Positions 1 through 12,862 of a DNA stretch of 64,000 bases are shown one piece after another (position 1 is the stretch's first letter; each line of letters opens with the position of its first letter). A model generated the notes under the pieces. That model saw only the letters and a list, made by a program, of their open reading frames with translations. It was not told the DNA's origin and made no database searches. Location of the stretch: assembly GCF_037042905.1 (NCBI RefSeq), contig NC_087251.1, forward strand, positions 16,306,001 through 16,370,000, given 5' to 3'. A program made the translations under genes and the position numbers. Origin of the DNA: Lytechinus pictus. Taxonomy: Eukaryota.

Positions 1-607
1 ACATTAAAGTACTCAATATATTACTTGATAATCCAAATTATATTATATTTAACTTTTTCAATATACTCCATACTACAAAATTGACGAGACAGAATATTCG
101 AGAGTCTGATACCCAAATCCAGTTTGGGTAACATAACATATTACACATACTCTTTTAAAAAAATTCGAATTGACATAGGTCATGATTGATTTACGTAATG
201 ATCTGCATAATGAAACAAGTAAATGAGAGTGAAAACGCGATTAGATAGCCCATGGCTGGATTTCCTATCCTATACAGGATTTATTTTACAATCTACAATT
301 GCCCGATGTCCTAAACTGTAAAAATGAATAACTTAACAAATGACAACTGAGACTTAACACGAGACACAGAAAGACAAACGCGAGTTCTCACAGAAAATTG
401 ATGTCAAAAACAATGTGCCAAAGGGACGTTATATGTTCTGGTCCATTTGTGATACTTAAAAAAAATCAACAAGTATGACTAAAAACTATCATTAACCCAA
501 TGAAAGAGAAATTTGGGGAATGATATATTCAGCTTTTCATATCAACGCACTCCTTAATCGCCCCATCTGCTATATATCGACTTAGTTTCCATCATAGAAC
601 CTATCGG

Positions 608-861
608 CAGGGCCCTGGGAAGCGAGGGTCCGGGGGTGCTGAAGCACCCACACGATTTTTCTGGGGGTGTTACGTATGACATTCATCATAGGCCGCACCC
701 CTAGAAATCAGAATGGTATGCTGAAGTATACAATTTTACCAAAATCATCTTCATCTTGGAAGGAAAATTAATTTTTCTCGTAATTTTTTTTTTCTTTTTG
801 CTTGTTAATAAAAAAAAAGCGGCACACCCTCTTTTAAAAAAAAATCGTCCCTAAGCCCCTG
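608..861. mobile_element. hAT-type MITE (G/C-string family)
   Basis: Termini CAGGGCCCTGGGA...TCCCTAAGCCCCTG form an imperfect inverted repeat. Perfect 8-bp TSD CCTATCGG at 600-607 and 862-869. No coding capacity. Confidence 0.8.
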
Positions 862-3800
862 CCTATCGGCCATTACTGCCAGATGATATGTTATATCTCT
901 GTTCATCCAAGAATAGCATGGATTCTATACGATAGTCATCGGGTGGGGTTGCTTTCGAAAAAAAAACCATAATAAACATTTGCAGGAAAAGGAACAAACA
1001 TTATTGCTGGAAAAGTGCGACCTAAATTACCATTTCCTAAACCAATGTCACACCTGCGTCCAAACCCGTGGCTAGGGTTTGCAACAGTACGAACTTAAGA
1101 GTGTTTGTATTATCAAGATTATCATGAGTACATGAATTTTGTCTGTGGGTTTGTAAGAATCTACAATCTCCTCGTTAATCTTCAGAATGAGGAAGAAATG
1201 TAAAGGGTTTCGAATTGAGTCGAGTACGATGGAAGATTATGAAGAAGACACATGCTTGTTTCGTTATAAACATTACTCATTGATGAACAGAAACTGTTTT
1301 TTACCTCGTGACGCAAGTTGGTCATAAGTTCATTTATTTCGGTCACTACCGCACTCACTATTTCAAACGGACTTACATGGATGATGTAAGGAAAATAGTT
1401 TATCTTAAAGATACATTATACATAGACGAAACTGTGATATACTAGTAGTATGACTTAATAAGCCCTTATTTTTAGAGATGACAAAGTAAAATGAGATTCG
1501 TTTAAAAAAATGAAATGAAAACGCGTTTAGTGTAAGTAAAGATAAAAGTGGAAATTGTTTTGAATAACAACTCCCCGTGCCCCGTGGGGGTACTCCCGAC
1601 AGGAATGGGGGGGTATATAAAGCCGCACAGAAATGAACCCGACAATTTTTTAAGGGTCAGATTGGTGGGATAATTAGAATAGTACCCAGTATTTTGATTT
1701 GCCGTTTCTGTTCTTTCTCAACGTTATCATGGTTATTGCCAAGAAATAGCTATTGCAATAGGCTATAGGCCTAGTCAATGATTTTCATGGATATCTTTCT
1801 GAAAAGTCTCTCATTAAATCAGTACAATATATACCTCACAAGGTGAGTATGCTCCTTCCGAATGGGACGAAAATGTTACATTTGTTTATGTTTTCACCGG
1901 ATTGTATTTAATGATAATTATAATGCATTAATCTATTTTTTATGAAATCAAAATACATTAGGTCGGTTTGGAGAGGATGCTTAAGAAGCAATCACAGGCG
2001 TGTTTGGATGTCACACTGCATGTCTGGAATGATGATATTATGCGACAAAAGATTGACACGAGTATTTTATCCACGGTTCATAACAACCAAAAATAGAGAT
2101 ACTGCAAGAGTTTTTAGCCTTATTCTATGACCGCGCCCATTTTTGGTTGAGAATTAAAGGATCATAAATTTCTTTCAAGCATGATGAATGCCGAGATTCG
2201 ATTTTTTTTCTTTCTCGATTATTGTCATTAAAGAACAATCAAAGGTCATTCATAAGTTATATCCGCTGTATTTGAAACTCGATTGTGTACGACTGAAATA
2301 TTATTCGAACAATATCTAATTGGTAAATGTCGAATCGACAACCCCAACTTTTTATTTTTGTTTATTGTGACTTGTTCTTATGGTAATTTATACTTCGTTA
2401 ATGCCCTTCCCCTCCTCGAGTTGCTTCGTTGAGTTTACATGATTGTATATTCAGAAATTACTACTAGTTTTGTTGTAATGATAAGCATTCATGCACTATA
2501 GCTGGGTTGAGTTTATCACCAAAATCAGAAAACATTTTCTTTCACATCTTGACAATTCAAAATACAAATTGCTGTCAAATGAGAAAATGGGTACAGAGCA
2601 GATTTTTTTTATATAGTTACAACACCGCGGAAACACTATCACGTTCACAAAAATAAAATCAGGTGCGAGATCACTTTATCTCCTCAAAATATGAACTTCC
2701 TGACAGTCTAAAAACCAAACTAAAGCGCAACCTTCAACCCACTTTGTCATTATCATGATTTTGTGTATGGCTGATGGGAAAGAAGTCCTAGATTAACACT
2801 TGCTATAATATCAACAGAAACCTGTGGATCGGCACTTCAGGATAAACAAGGGACTTTCCTGCTTTTCAGCTTTAATGCAGTGCAGAGATACAATCAGTTT
2901 GAATAAATACATCTAGGTGTGCATTAAAATGGAAATAATATGGTCATTATTAGGAGGCCCACCCCCTCATAATGAAATGGGAAGAACATAATTTCCTCAT
3001 GTAGGTCAATGTTTTTACTGATGAACTTGGTGTGATATGTAGAACCAAAAATAGTCTTGATGATGTGCTCATTCTTATGAAAAATGAAATCATGACATAT
3101 TTCTTATTTAGTGATGTTCATATGTATTTAAATGATGTTTCTATGGTTTAAATCGTCTTTACATGAAAAATATTGAATCAGTGATTGGGTATTGATCAAC
3201 AGAATTGAAACATTGAAGATAATGGAAATCGATAAACGAGTTCTATAGCAACTTTTAATTATTCACTTCCAACTATTTGCAAAAATTAATATAAATGCAC
3301 GAAATTCATGAGTAACTTCACTTAGGGGCCATCATTTACATACCATATTGCAAAATGTGTGATTTCATCAATTCTTCTTTTCTAGAATCTGAATCACATG
3401 ACAAAAATTGCACCAATTGCAAAACGTGTATTGCTTCTACAGATTGCTAAAATAGCTACAAATAACAATATGATTTGCAGCATTGTGTAACGTGTAATTA
3501 GGCCTACGTTCGAAATTCTATGATAGATTTATCAATTAATATAATAATATGAAATACCAAAGCGGAGAAGCAATTTTTACATTTCAAGCTACCATTATAA
3601 ATGTCAAGCTCGAATTGAGGCTGTACTGCAAGCATGGCGTCTTAAATGATACTCGAACAGCATACCTTTTATCATGAATGGCGGTATGGATCCAAAACAA
3701 ATAATTGGCTAAAAGCTATCACAAGACCTGTCATTTACTGTAAATGATTATAATTTGCTGTAACGCAGTCGACTTGCAAGAAACTTAGTGTAATTACTTA

Positions 3801-4367
3801 GAATTTCATTTTACACATCTGTCATAAACGAATAGTAAAACACTTTGTTTTTGTTTGTGTGATATCTTAATTAAGAATGACCTGATATTGTATATAATGT
3901 ACTTTTTTTTCAAATAAAAATGTATCAACATCTAATAAAGATATGAAATAGTTACAATACCACGAGGGTAAAAAAAATCACCGATTCAACTTTATGTGAT
4001 AAGACAGATGTATTGTTATTTTACTAAATAAACCAATAGAACTGCTTTCTAGGCATAATGTATTGGAAATAGTTTGCACACGTTTTGACATAGTTAGGAC
4101 TCGATCAAATACCTCCTAATATCAATTAAAATAGGCATGACGTAACATCACGAATCAAGGATGAAAATGGATATTCGCATCATGCAGTATGGCAGTTTAT
4201 TCAACAAAATCTTTCACCCCCCTAAAAAAAATGCATTTTCATGCGCAAGAGAACAATATATAATATTAAAACGACATTCTACATAGTACAAATTGACAAA
4301 GCCGTATAGCCATGGCTTTTTTCCAGCAGCCTCCTCAATGCACATCTTTAAAAAAAGAAAAAGGTAT

Positions 4368-6088
4368 CTAGTTCAACTCTGTATAGTCTGTCGAGTCAGT
4401 ATCACCGGTATCGTTAGCGTTGTTAAAATTTTCATCGGGTATTGACGAATACGCCTTGTCCATCATACTGTTTGCAGTAGACGCAGAGGCATGGGAGATA
4501 TCCCCTACCTGCGACCCACTTGCTTGACTTGATACCGATGCACGCGGATCTTTCATACTCATATACCCATCGTCGTGCCTAGATGACAACGAATTCGGAA
4601 AATTAGTCAAGAAAATGCTAGCTGCTGGCGAGATTTCCTCGCTGTTAGTCCTTTGCCGCCTGGGACGGTCGTAGTGTTGGGAAGTACTGCTATTGCTGCT
4701 GCTGACATTGCCCGTAGTCAAGGGCCTATTGTTCCTTGGGACTTCGTAGTATACCTTCAAGTCACCATGGGCACCCGAGAATGGATTAGTACCCGGGTTG
4801 CTCACACTGCGCCAGAGATGTTTCCGCTGGCGTCTTGATGGTACCAGGTCTGGGTGCAATTCAGAGTCTATGTGAATGCTGGTGTGCTTGGTACTAGCGC
4901 GATTGCTTCCCAGTGGCCGTAGCATTGGGAAGGAATCTACCTTCGGCTCTTCGCTGATACTCCCTTGGCGACTGATAGATATAAGAGCCGCCGTTGAACC
5001 ATTAGCCTGGCTCATACCTCCGCAAGACTCGCTGGTACTAGGTTGCCGACGGATGCCACTTGTAGTAGTGATGTCATGAGGTGCCGATTCACTCGCTGTT
5101 AGCATTCTGTCCCTAAAACTACCCTCTCCATTCCCAGACTGACCATTGCATCGATTTGCAGGAGACGTTGATTTCCCGTTCGTTGCACTTAGACTGCGAA
5201 ACATGGCACGATCAACGCGTCGTACTTTCCCGACACGCCACACACCGTCTGTGTTGTTAAGCGTCATGTACTCACGTTGTGATATCTGTGATCCATCGAG
5301 ATCAATATACCCATCTGGACCTACCAGCATGGAACTTAGCTGAAGCTGACCAAATGTTTTCCGCTCCGCCTCCAGTCGCCGAATCTTCCTTTTCAGATAA
5401 CACACGTAAACTGCTAGAATGGTAATGATAACAAAAGAAAACATTCCAATAATAATGGCAACTGTAAGGTAGTTACCACCTCGTGTCGGAGATTTCAGGT
5501 TTTGTCCAGTTGTTGGTTCCGTCTGAACTCCTGAAACAGTATGGTCATTTATGAAATTACTTACAACATCTACATTGTGATCTGATCTTGATATTTGCTG
5601 CAACTGGGGACCATAGGTGGTACACATTATCCCTGGTGGAACCGTAGAAGTTAGTCTCGCTGGAGTTCGGCGGACGCAGGAGTTGTTACGGAGAACCAAT
5701 CCAGCTGGCATCCCGTAGGCTTCGTTGCCCTCACCTGATGAATACCCATACACCAGAACAGAAAACGAATTGTACCCGCTGTATCTGTCTTCCAGGAAGT
5801 ACACTCCTGAAGGGTTGTGCACAAGACTGTGTTGCTTTATACAAAACTTTCTCTTCAGCATTTCCTCTGTCGTGTGAGAAGCATTTAAAAAGTTATCCTC
5901 CGGGAAGTGAAATATGCCATGAAAAAGGCTTGATTTTGCATTGCAGTCGATGACGATATTGATGTTATTAGTAAGTTCGGGGCCACTGGCGACAGAGATA
6001 GAAGGAATAAGAGCCTCACTTACGAATTGCTCAATCCCAGGGACAAGCATCATAAAGGGATCAGCTCCTGTTCCATCTACATTTCCTC
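4368..6088 (-). CDS. Terminal exon of an IgGFc-binding-domain type I membrane protein (end of domain, stalk, TM helix at ~5394-5472, 341-aa cytoplasmic tail)
   Basis: 561-aa ORF that extends upstream to the acceptor ttttctacgcag|GA GGA AAT. A phase-1 join with the previous exon gives MQFSKG-GNVDGTGADPFMMLVP. Domain-end motif VYGY...AYGMPAG; hydrophobic YLTVAIIIGMFSFVIITILAVYVCYL followed by KRKIRR; stop TAG at 4368. Confidence 0.9.
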
Positions 6089-6469
6089 CTGCGTAGAAAA
6101 GAAAAAAAATAGAATGAATTAATCAAAATCAGACTTATATTAATACTTTCAAAATTGTATTGCAAAAAAATGTACCCACAAAGCATGAGCGTCATACCAA
6201 TTTCAAATTAATGATACATTAACAAACATTTAACGAATAAATGCTGATCACGGTGATATAATATATATTGTCAAATTGTAGGTAATTATCATCTCCTGAC
6301 CCAGAAAACAACCTTTCGAATCATTGTCATCCTTTGAGAAATATTGTATTTTAGATATTTTTGCCATAAAGTAAGGACTCGTATCTTCTTACGTGCATAT
6401 TTCCAATCATGATGTTTCCATAACAATCAGTTTATCTCATTATACCGATGTCCCAATGTCTTTCCATAC

Positions 6470-7348
6470 CTTTACTAAACTGCATGACAAGGATGGGACT
6501 GTTGGCAACAATAGCTGTACTCGAATTCGATCCCACGTCCAGTTCCCTAAATTGCCCAGCGTTCAGTATGAAGTAAGAATCGGTTGTCGTTGTCCTCACG
6601 ACGGTCAAGTTCCTTGCTGCAATGACCCGGAAACGATCCCCGTGTGACCTTCCTTTCAGGGGTGACGTGATGAACTCCTTTTCCCAACTGCTGACGGGTG
6701 GAAGCTGCTCAACGAGGTGGTCGCAATACCGGTTATTCTTCGGCACATTGGCACATTTATTTCCTGACAAGACGGCAATGGGTTTATTTGATACAATGTG
6801 CGTACCGGTAAGGTCATAATCTTGATCAAGGCAGTGGAGAGTTTGAAGCTTCGTCAGTGGTACTTCTCTTCCCGAGTAAATAATTTGTCCATTGCAGACA
6901 GCATAGTTGTTAGGACGGAAGTTTATCCTGATGCGGGTATCATGGTCGGTACTGATCACCATGAACTGGGAGCCACGATCGTCTCTCTTGATGCGGGTTG
7001 CTAACTCGTAGGTTACGACATAATATTCGTAGCCGAGAGCGTCCGTCGGAAGAGCTAGGAAGGAATCCATGGAGTTGCCTCTATCAATGCCGTACACGCT
7101 CACCTCATGGTCTGCCTTGACAACGATGGCTTCTGATCCTGCAATTGCAGCGTTCATAAGGTCCAATGACTGGACTGGTTGGTAAGGGGTGATGTTTAAC
7201 GTGTAATTGCCTTGTTTGGTATAGATGACCACCGAGGTGCTCCGTCTTGAACCAACGATGTAGATATGAGGGCTGACATCAGGCATCATCGCTTCCAGGA
7301 AACCAATCACAAACTCTGTTCCCATGTGATCTCGGACGGCACAAGGAT
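6470..7348 (-). CDS. Internal exon encoding an IgGFc-binding protein N-terminal (FCGBP-like) domain
   Basis: Acceptor ttcttgacag|AT CCT TGT and donor AAA G|gtatgg. Family motifs GTEFVIGF, VSVYG, DSFLALPTDALGYEYYVV, DLTGTHIVSNKPIAVLSGNKCANVP, CDHLVEQLPPVSSW, DRFRVIAA, PILVMQFSKG. Confidence 0.92.
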
Positions 7349-8543
7349 CTGTCAAGAACAATGAAATTATAAACCAGTGACAGTTTCAAAGATAGTTATA
7401 CTGTAGAAAACAATCGTTTGTAGTGTAAGCCAATATAATGTACATGTAGGCCTATATGTACAAAATTATGCATGATTCCTCTTTTATGTTAAGATATGAC
7501 AAGATATGTAATTACCTCCCCACCCCACATACACACTTAATACTTGTCGACTTTTTGTTATCATGTAAACCACACTGAATGCAAGACAATTCCTCGAAAC
7601 CGTTCAAATTCTTCGATTTTCATCTTAACACATACATGACACAACGGGTTAGAAAGTACAACGTCCTTAATTGTTTTTTTTTTTCATTCTAAACTGCTTT
7701 GTGACAACCTTTCGTACCACGTGACTGCATTAACAAAACGATCTTTAACAAAGCCTGATTGAATTTATCCCCTTCTGTCGGGACTTATGATTTCCGTTCA
7801 TAAGTGACTAATCACATGGTTATTGCTTTTCTTTCAATCACCGTAGCACCTGAAATGCCATCGACATCATCACACCGTTGCGGTGTATACGACCCACCTG
7901 ACCACCAGTTGTGGCTTTTCTCTCCCCTTTTGCCCTTGGTCATCCCATGGATTTACGTCAGAATGGAAGCTGTCCCGCATTCAAATTAATTTTCATGAAT
8001 TGATATTCTGATATTTCACGAAATAGGAAAAGTGAAAAATAAGTAAGTTTTCTAAAAGGAAAAGAAGAGATGAGAGGACGATGCAGGGTTGATGTAGGGG
8101 TATATATTAGCGAATAGTTATACCAAAAAGTGCAACATTAAAAAGTTACTGTTTCTCTTGTGATCCGGATGAAAATTGCTCGTTATTTGCTCATATATAC
8201 TGTATTTATTCATAGTATTGTGCATTCTATTTAGTGCTTAGCCAAATCTGATTCCAAGTATATAAAAACACGAAGCACTTTGTAAAAGCCTTTGATCAAA
8301 GACTTTCTTTTGCTGAATGATCAACCATATAAAATTGCTCTTATATATTTATGAAGAAAAATTCAAAATGAATGGTTGAATCGTTTCTAGATTGGATTTT
8401 ATCCCAATCCGATAAGCTTAAGAGAGTCCCTTGAGTTCTTCCAACTCAATTAATTCTCTTCAAGTATATTTCATATTCAAATGAATAAAGAACATCCGTA
8501 TTTTTAATCTTTGTTATAACCAATAATAATAATCAATCGTTTT

Positions 8544-8836
8544 CACTAGCGTACCTACGGGGGGGGGGGCAGTCTGCCCCCCCCCCCCTGACGAGCCACG
8601 ACCCATGCAAAGGACGTATCCCTGCCCCCCTGACGAGCTTGAAGACCTTTTTTTTTTTTTTTTGCTTGTCAATTTGTTTTCTGTAACGAAATCATTTATT
8701 TGTGATTGAAGACCTTTATTTATTTATCTTTTTTTTGCTTGTCAATTTTTTTTCTGTTACGAAATCCGTTATTTGTGATTGAAGACCTTTTTTTTTTTTG
8801 CCCCCCCCCCTATGGAAAATCCTAGGTACGCCACTG
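8544..8836. mobile_element. hAT-type MITE with G/C strings and internal T-rich direct repeats
   Basis: TIRs CACTAGCGTACCTA / TAGGTACGCCACTG. 8-bp TSD ATCGTTTT / ATCGCTTT (7/8). Three internal TTGAAGACCTTT units. Confidence 0.8.
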
Positions 8837-8882
8837 ATCGCTTTGAAGTATTAAATAGAACATCAATATAAAGTGGTAGGGG

Positions 8883-8999
8883 CAGTAGCGTACCGTGAAC
8901 CGCAGGAGACAAAGCATTGGGGGGGGGGGCAGTGCATTGTCTGTGAACAATGCTTTGCCCCCCAATGCTTTGTCTCCTCCGAGTCACGGTACGCTACTG
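8883..8999. mobile_element. 117-bp hairpin hAT-type MITE
   Basis: TIR CAGTAGCGTACCGTGA / TCACGGTACGCTACTG, and the element is almost entirely palindromic. Perfect 8-bp TSD GGTAGGGG at 8875-8882 and 9000-9007. Confidence 0.88.
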
Positions 9000-11338
9000 G
9001 GTAGGGGCATGCTTCAATGTAGAATCCCTTTATTATTTTGTAAAGAGTTGCGACATACAGGCATATTGCATTTCTGGCTCCAAAACGCCATTCGATTGAT
9101 TCGAATGATTACTTTCTTTAAAGATAAGCTTGCAAGATTCCGTACAGTGGATACAAAATAGCACTTATGTCATGAGTATAGATATATTCTTCAACGGAGT
9201 TAATTTTGCCCTCAGTGGGGACGTACCCGCCAAATACTTGCATATGAGAGGGCGCGATGGAAATGGGTAAGATTGCGACCCCCTTGTCAACCCTTACCAC
9301 GCTCCCAACGCTGTTTTCTTTGACGTAGGAACATTAATACATCCTTTCCGTTTCGAGGCCACGATGGTAATGAATTGGGGAAGTACTTGTATTTCCCCCT
9401 CTTTAAATCATTGGTATATGGATAATACCCCATTGCCCATGCATGAGGGGATTTTAATCCTTAGCATGTAATGGTTCTTATATACAGGACATCCATATCA
9501 TAACCAAACCAGCTGGGTTGTATTCTAAGTGAACTTAGATCCTCATTACATCACAATTAATTGAATATCCGTTGTATATATATCCAAAGTTAACAATCCA
9601 CCGTTGCACTTGGCAGTGATATCCAATCTTAATTGTTCTAAGTTGCCATATCGATCAACTACTTTCCGGTGTCGTCAAATTATTGTTTACGCAATCGTAA
9701 GGTTAAGGGAAGATCCGACTTCATGCAGTAATTGTTAAATGAGCAATAAACTTTGCAGATATACCATAACAGGATAATTTCTTCATTCTAAAATGAAGTG
9801 TGGCATCTTTAATTTATCGGTAACTTGCCTATCGATACTGGGTATGATTAAGTTGAGTCTGACACAGCTCTAATGAAAAGCTTCCGTACTTTTTCATTTT
9901 CCTCGAATTCCTGTCACGACTCACCAACACAACTGACATTATATAAGAAACCTCTCTATATAGCATGGTATATCTACTGCACTGACAGAGCTTTGAATTC
10001 ATGGTATGGATTATAAATGTTCTATTCAAGTTTTGTTATAAAATATCTTAGATGAAAAATATTTAGTCATGGAATTAATATAACTTTGAGGGGCTATCAG
10101 AACATAGTATAGTTAGGCAAAATGTACCTAGTACGGGTAGGCAAACTGTACCTGGTAACTGAAAATGTTATACCGCAAATGATAACTCTCAATATATTAT
10201 AATTATCATATTTTGGCCTCCTGCATATCATAGATTTAATGTATTAAAAATGTTAAGTTTTGTGTTTTTTTAATCAGCTTTTATCAGGCCTTTCACTGTA
10301 CTTATCATTTTTTTAATACTTTCCTGTTATTATTGCTACTGATGCTGCTGTAGTATAAAGGGTAGGCTCTTATGTTTGGTTTGTACTTTTCAACCTTGTG
10401 TCTATCGACAGACCCTGATGTAATACAGACACTTTTTATAAAATTCAAAAAATGAAATTTTCACTGAATCATTGCAAGGAGGGGCTGCATGGACTAAACT
10501 CGTATACAGGAACGTTTGCTCGCTCAAAAATCAAAATATTGCACGGAAACAGTCGCTAAACTCTGACCAGAACCGATAAAGCAGACTTCCCTTCCTTAAA
10601 AGAAGTGACGCTGTTGAAATCATCCAGTCTAGCTAGCTGCAGTCACAGGGTGCATACAGGGTCCTGGATTCAGGGTTCTGAAAGGTATATCCGATAAAGG
10701 GCTTTTAAGAGAGGAGTCAAAACAAGCACGCTTCCTCTAATGGTGCAACGACCTGGCATCCAAACCAGAAACAAACATATACTCAAGCATTTGTGATAAC
10801 CACAATATTTCAATGATATATCATCGAAGAATTTCTCATGCAAACCTGTGAAGAATCTCATAAGTCTCTATGTAATTCCTACGGACTTAATAAATACCAT
10901 TTTTGAAATGTAATATTGTTACAGTGTTAAATAGTTTCCATTCCAACATAATTATGTCATCGTCAGTCAAAAAGAACAGTTAAACTTAAAATGTTAAATA
11001 GAAAGAGAACAAATTGTCAGAAATTATAGATTAGAATATTGAATGTGCTATACAGTTAGGAAAACCTGTATTAACATTTTCAGTCATTGCAATTTGAGTT
11101 AATCAACATTTCTTTATTTTGGTCAATATATGATACTCTGGATCAAAAGAATAAACTATTCTTGAAGAGCAGTTCAATTATGCATGGTAAATAAGTTGCC
11201 ACGAGAACAATAAGTTAAACTCTGAAGTTTGATTTTGCAGTTGATGTAGATAATCTTTCCATCTTCATATACTGCATAGAGTATATTTCACATCCGTAAC
11301 AGTATTCTTTAACCTTCTTCGAGAATCTGTGTAAAAAA

Positions 11339-11850
11339 AGGGTTACTCCGGCCTGAAATCACCATGAAATTAATTGAAGAGGTAAATTTATTTGAAAAAG
11401 ATAATAAATACTCAAGTTTCATGGATAGGATCAAAATAATGAAGTTATGACATTCGGTAATCCAATTATGCATAACTCCAATTAAACATATGATATGCCT
11501 GTCATGAATTTGCAGCGATTTCGAATTTCATTGCATGAAATTATAATTTGAATATTCTGCTCCAAGAATTTGAATTCCAGATTGATTCCTCCAATAATGT
11601 GTAAGATCGCAAACGCTGTACATTACATAATGGAAGATAAAACAAGAAAATGGAAGTGGGGGATATGACTTTATCAGTTCACTCATTGCATGTACGTAAG
11701 AAATTCATTTCAACTGTTTATTTATTTATTTTTTTTTATTTATTTACAAATATGTCATATCTGATGACTTTCATAACTTTGTTCTTTTCAATTGAACTTC
11801 GATGATTTTATTCTCCTTCAGGGATATGCTTTTAGAACTTTAACTTCATT
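11339..11850. mobile_element. Degenerate copy of the TTAA-flanked MITE family
   Basis: Starts AAGGGTTACTCCGGCCTGAAA and shares internal words (GTGGGGGATATGAC, ATAACTT) with the 42217 and 60457 copies. Right end eroded; coordinates approximate. Confidence 0.4.
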
Positions 11851-12720
11851 TATCCAAATCGTGTTACTGACGGAATGACATTGGGTGTCATTGTTCGTTA
11901 AGACATGTAAGATGGGAGCGGTCTCTCCCCTGATCGCCGGTCATAGCACTTTCTAATGTTAGGATTATCTAATTTACTTAATTATTTAGTTACATCTTGA
12001 TGTTACGTAAGGAAAGTGTAGTAACTTTGGCATTATCCTAAATCTATTTCAATCTATTCCTTTCCATTCCATTTTTTTTTTCATTTTACCTCTAAGGACG
12101 GCAACTGCACACCGACTTTTTAAAACCACCATAAAAAGAAATGTAGCCCTGATTATTAGGATTTTAGTATGATATTTTTTGTATACCCCGCACTTTAAAC
12201 CCATTTTGTTTCAGCATTTTGTGATGGACACATAATTTGGCAATGAACATCTGGGAGTTAACACGTTTAATGATATCACAAATACTAAACCAAACCACAC
12301 CATTTAGTTTCGAGCTAGTTCTGAATCATCCCAACCACCATTTTGCATCCTTTTTCCTCTCTTTCTCGTTCACGAAATGCAATGTTATCACAACCAAAGA
12401 GCAATCACTCCATAAGAGTGTCGAATGCTAAAACCTCGAAATACCCAAAGAGTTCAAGTAAAAGAGACATACACTTGATAAATTATTCATTTCAATTCCC
12501 AAGGGAAAAGATATTTAGTTATAGGTTAAAAATTATCCGAAATGTAAAATGGATTTGTGCCTTAATTAAGAATGATTTGATATCAGATATTCTGAAGAAA
12601 TTACTCTCCAATTGTTGTTTCAAGTCTGTTTTGGTCACTGATTTCCACTATTGGTGATTTTGGGGTTACATGTATGAATCTGTGATGATGTACGTCTCTC
12701 TGCGTGAGAGGGTTTGTGAA

Positions 12721-12862
12721 GGAGGTACCGTGGCCGAGTGCTCTAAGAAGCTGATTACACAGAACGTCCAGGGTTCAATACACGACAGTTCAGTATGCCC
12801 TACATTGCAAAGCATTTCATCTAACGTGACTTTTTTTTTCTCACATCAGTTAAATAAAATGA
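12721..12862 (+). mobile_element. tRNA-derived SINE, degenerate
   Basis: GGAGGTACCGTGGCCGAGTGCTCTAAG (A-box-like) and GGTTCAATAC (B-box-like); similar to the copy at 43234. Confidence 0.55.

Noticed and set aside
6432-6469. ORF-track C-terminus MERHWDIGIMR (and N-terminal MFLT) of the 309-aa ORF
   Set aside because: Intron read-through beyond the splice sites at 6470 and 7348.
4653-7004. Several plus-strand ORFs of 60-85 aa
   Set aside because: Antisense shadows of the real minus-strand exons.
8637-8800. Repeated TTGAAGACC units resembling a CRISPR array
   Set aside because: Eukaryotic context; the spacers are themselves repetitive and lie inside a MITE.
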